Origin: Camelus dromedarius
Lineage: Eukaryota
Assembly: GCF_036321535.1 (NCBI RefSeq)
Contig: NC_087437.1
Location: 111,230,001 to 111,294,000, forward strand
Length of the DNA stretch: 64,000 nt
Reading direction: 5' to 3'
Shown: one piece after another, positions 62,161 to 64,000 of the stretch
Position numbering within the stretch: position 1 is the stretch's first letter
How the letters are laid out: the number at the start of each line of letters is the position of its first letter
Translations under genes and position numbers: made by a program
Notes under the pieces: model-generated
Told to the model about the DNA's origin: nothing
Seen by the model: only the letters and a program-made list of their open reading frames with translations
Database searches by the model: none

Positions 62161-62664
62161 GTGATCTCAGGAAAGGTCCAAGGGGAGTAAAAACTCACCA
62201 CGCCAGATCCCAAGAGCCATTCTCCTTCCCAGGGTACATGAAATATTTCCTTTACTGAATCAAGTTCGCTAATTGACAGATGAAACGGACTAACTGAAGT
62301 CTTCATCATCCTTCTCCCAACAGTGGAGTGTAAGTCTCCGTCAGTCCTCCCAACAGAGGTCACTCCATGGTCAGATCAATAAACCACAGTCTCAGTCCTG
62401 GCTGTCTCCAGTAGGCCATACATTATTGGCTGCATGAAAACCAGAAGCAAAAGAAAACCACAAGTAGAACTTCGTTCACATGATGCTGGAAGAGTCCCTG
62501 GAGTAAGAGAGGACAAGCCTTGGTGCATAAGCACTTTTCAAGAGGCCTCTGTGTCACATTTGCTTACGTCTCTTTGGGTGAAGCAGATCGCATGGCCGAG
62601 CCCAGCATCAAGACGAGAGGTAGACTCCACCCCTTGATGGAGGGAGTGGCAAGACATCCGTGGC

Positions 62665-62756
62665 TTTTTTTCCCCCTTAACGGAGGCACTGGGGATGGAA
62701 CCCAGGCCCTCGTGCATGCTAAGCATGCGCTCTACCACTGAGCTATTACCCTCCCC
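62665..62756 (-). mobile_element. Vic-1-type SINE, short form, inserted in an old MLT1 relic
   Basis: ggggatggaacccagg...catgctaagcatgcgctctaccactgagctattaccctcccc. Flanks GTGGC(C)TTTTTT form an imperfect TSD. Confidence 0.85.
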
Positions 62757-62800
62757 ACTGTGGCCTTTTTTTTTTTTGGCAATTGAACACACTCATCTAT

Positions 62801-63154
62801 TGCTATGGACTGAATCATGTCCCCCCTGCCACAATTCATATGTTGAAGCCCTAACCCCCAAAAGTGTTTGTATTTGGAGGTGGGGCCTTTGGGGGGAAGG
62901 TCATGAGGGTGAAGCCTTCACGATGGGATTAGCGTTCTTATAAGAAGAGGCTCCGGAGAGCTCGCTCACTCTCTGACATGTGAGGACACAGGGAGAAGGC
63001 GGCTGCCTACAAGCCCGGAAAAGAGACCTTACCAGAACCTGGCCTTGCTGGCACCCTGATTTCCAGCCTCCAGAACTGTGAGAAAATAAATTTCTGATGG
63101 TTAAACTACCCTGTCTGTGGAATTTTATTATGGCAGCCTGAGTTGACCAAGATA
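62801..63154 (+). mobile_element. MLT1A-like solo LTR
   Basis: TGCTATGGACTGAAT...aattcatatgttgaagccctaacc...gaactgtgagaaaataaatttc...gcagcctgagttgaccaagata. Confidence 0.82.
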
Positions 63155-64000
63155 CCTGCTTGTAGGTAGATGACCTGTAAGTCACACCTGAAAACAAAGC
63201 GGGGATGTCAGGAGGCACAGTGCAGAGAACAAACAAAGCCCCCAGCTAGCTTAAATTCAAGAAGGATCAGAAGAGAGTTGAATCTGCTCCTGAGGGGTGA
63301 GGTGGACTTTTCCAGGTGGACAACAGGAAAGGAAACTTTCCAGGCAGAGGGAACAGCCTATGCAAAGTCAAGAAGATGTGAAAAATCTGTTTCCTCTTGC
63401 TCTTCATCTTGGAGAAAACAAAACTTCAGAGCCTTCTTTAAGAATTCAATTTTCCACCGGTTTGGGGTGTTATGTCTGAGAAACTGGTCGGGTCTGTGTC
63501 TGGAAAACTGGTTAGGTTTCTCTTTGGTGCCCACGACTTTGCTGCCAGAATTGGAAATGGAAGACCCAAAAAGAATTTAATTTTAAAGGCTGTTTAAAAA
63601 GAGAATGAAAGTGGACCGATCTTCTCCCCGGGTCAGGCACTGTTATTTTAAAACATCCCTTTTTATTGCTCTGAAACAACGACAGAATGAAGGGTTCACT
63701 TCCAAAATCAAAAGCAAACTCTTGTCTCCAGAATTTTTTTTTGGACCTTGGCAGACAAATGGGCCTTTCTTCAAGACTTCCGAGACTGACTTAGGAAGAA
63801 AACCAGCTTGTCATTCAAGGAAACCTTGCTAAAGAAAGCTCCTCCCCACAAATGGGGCCCCCAAGATCCTCCTCATCTAGTGAATCAGGAAATGGAAGAT
63901 GGCACCTGCTATCTTGAGGGTTTCCCATTATTTTCAGTGGTCATTGTTTTCATATTTGGAATCATATATGAATGTTTTTACATTCATTCACTTCTTTCCC

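Noticed and set aside
1..64000. A novel multi-gene system, nested gene or intact transposon ORF
   Set aside because: Apart from the four HUNK exons I found no ORF with recognisable domains or spliceable structure. All L1 pieces are 5'-truncated 3' ends and all LTRs are solo.

Overview
Mammalian genomic DNA, very probably a camelid (alpaca or camel), judged from five tRNA-derived Vic-1-type SINEs beginning GGGGAGGGTATAGCTCAGTGGTAGAG and camelid/artiodactyl-type L1 3' ends. The window holds the CpG-island promoter and the first four coding exons (+ strand) of HUNK, an AMPK/SNF1-related Ser/Thr kinase. The exons are 1314-1574, 39367-39659, 52528-52583 and 57547-57682. All have GT/AG junctions and splice in frame into 248 complete codons covering the Gly-loop, VAIK, HRD, DFG and APE motifs; the gene continues beyond the window. 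The rest is intron, filled with MaLR (MLT1) LTRs, L1 3' ends, L2/MIR relics, DNA-transposon relics, one 609-bp ERV1-type solo LTR, a 30-32 bp minisatellite and microsatellites. I found no evidence of a new multi-gene system, and nearly all ORFs in the track are chance or repeat-derived. The best second-look items are small: a 13-bp inverted HOX/MEIS-like site pair in intron 1, a TSD-flanked orphan retro-insert, a triple-headed SINE, a target site hit repeatedly by retroelements, a displaced minisatellite copy, a sense-oriented solo LTR, and an apparent Tyr-to-His change in the kinase activation loop. Repeat family names and human comparisons come from memory, not from database searches.
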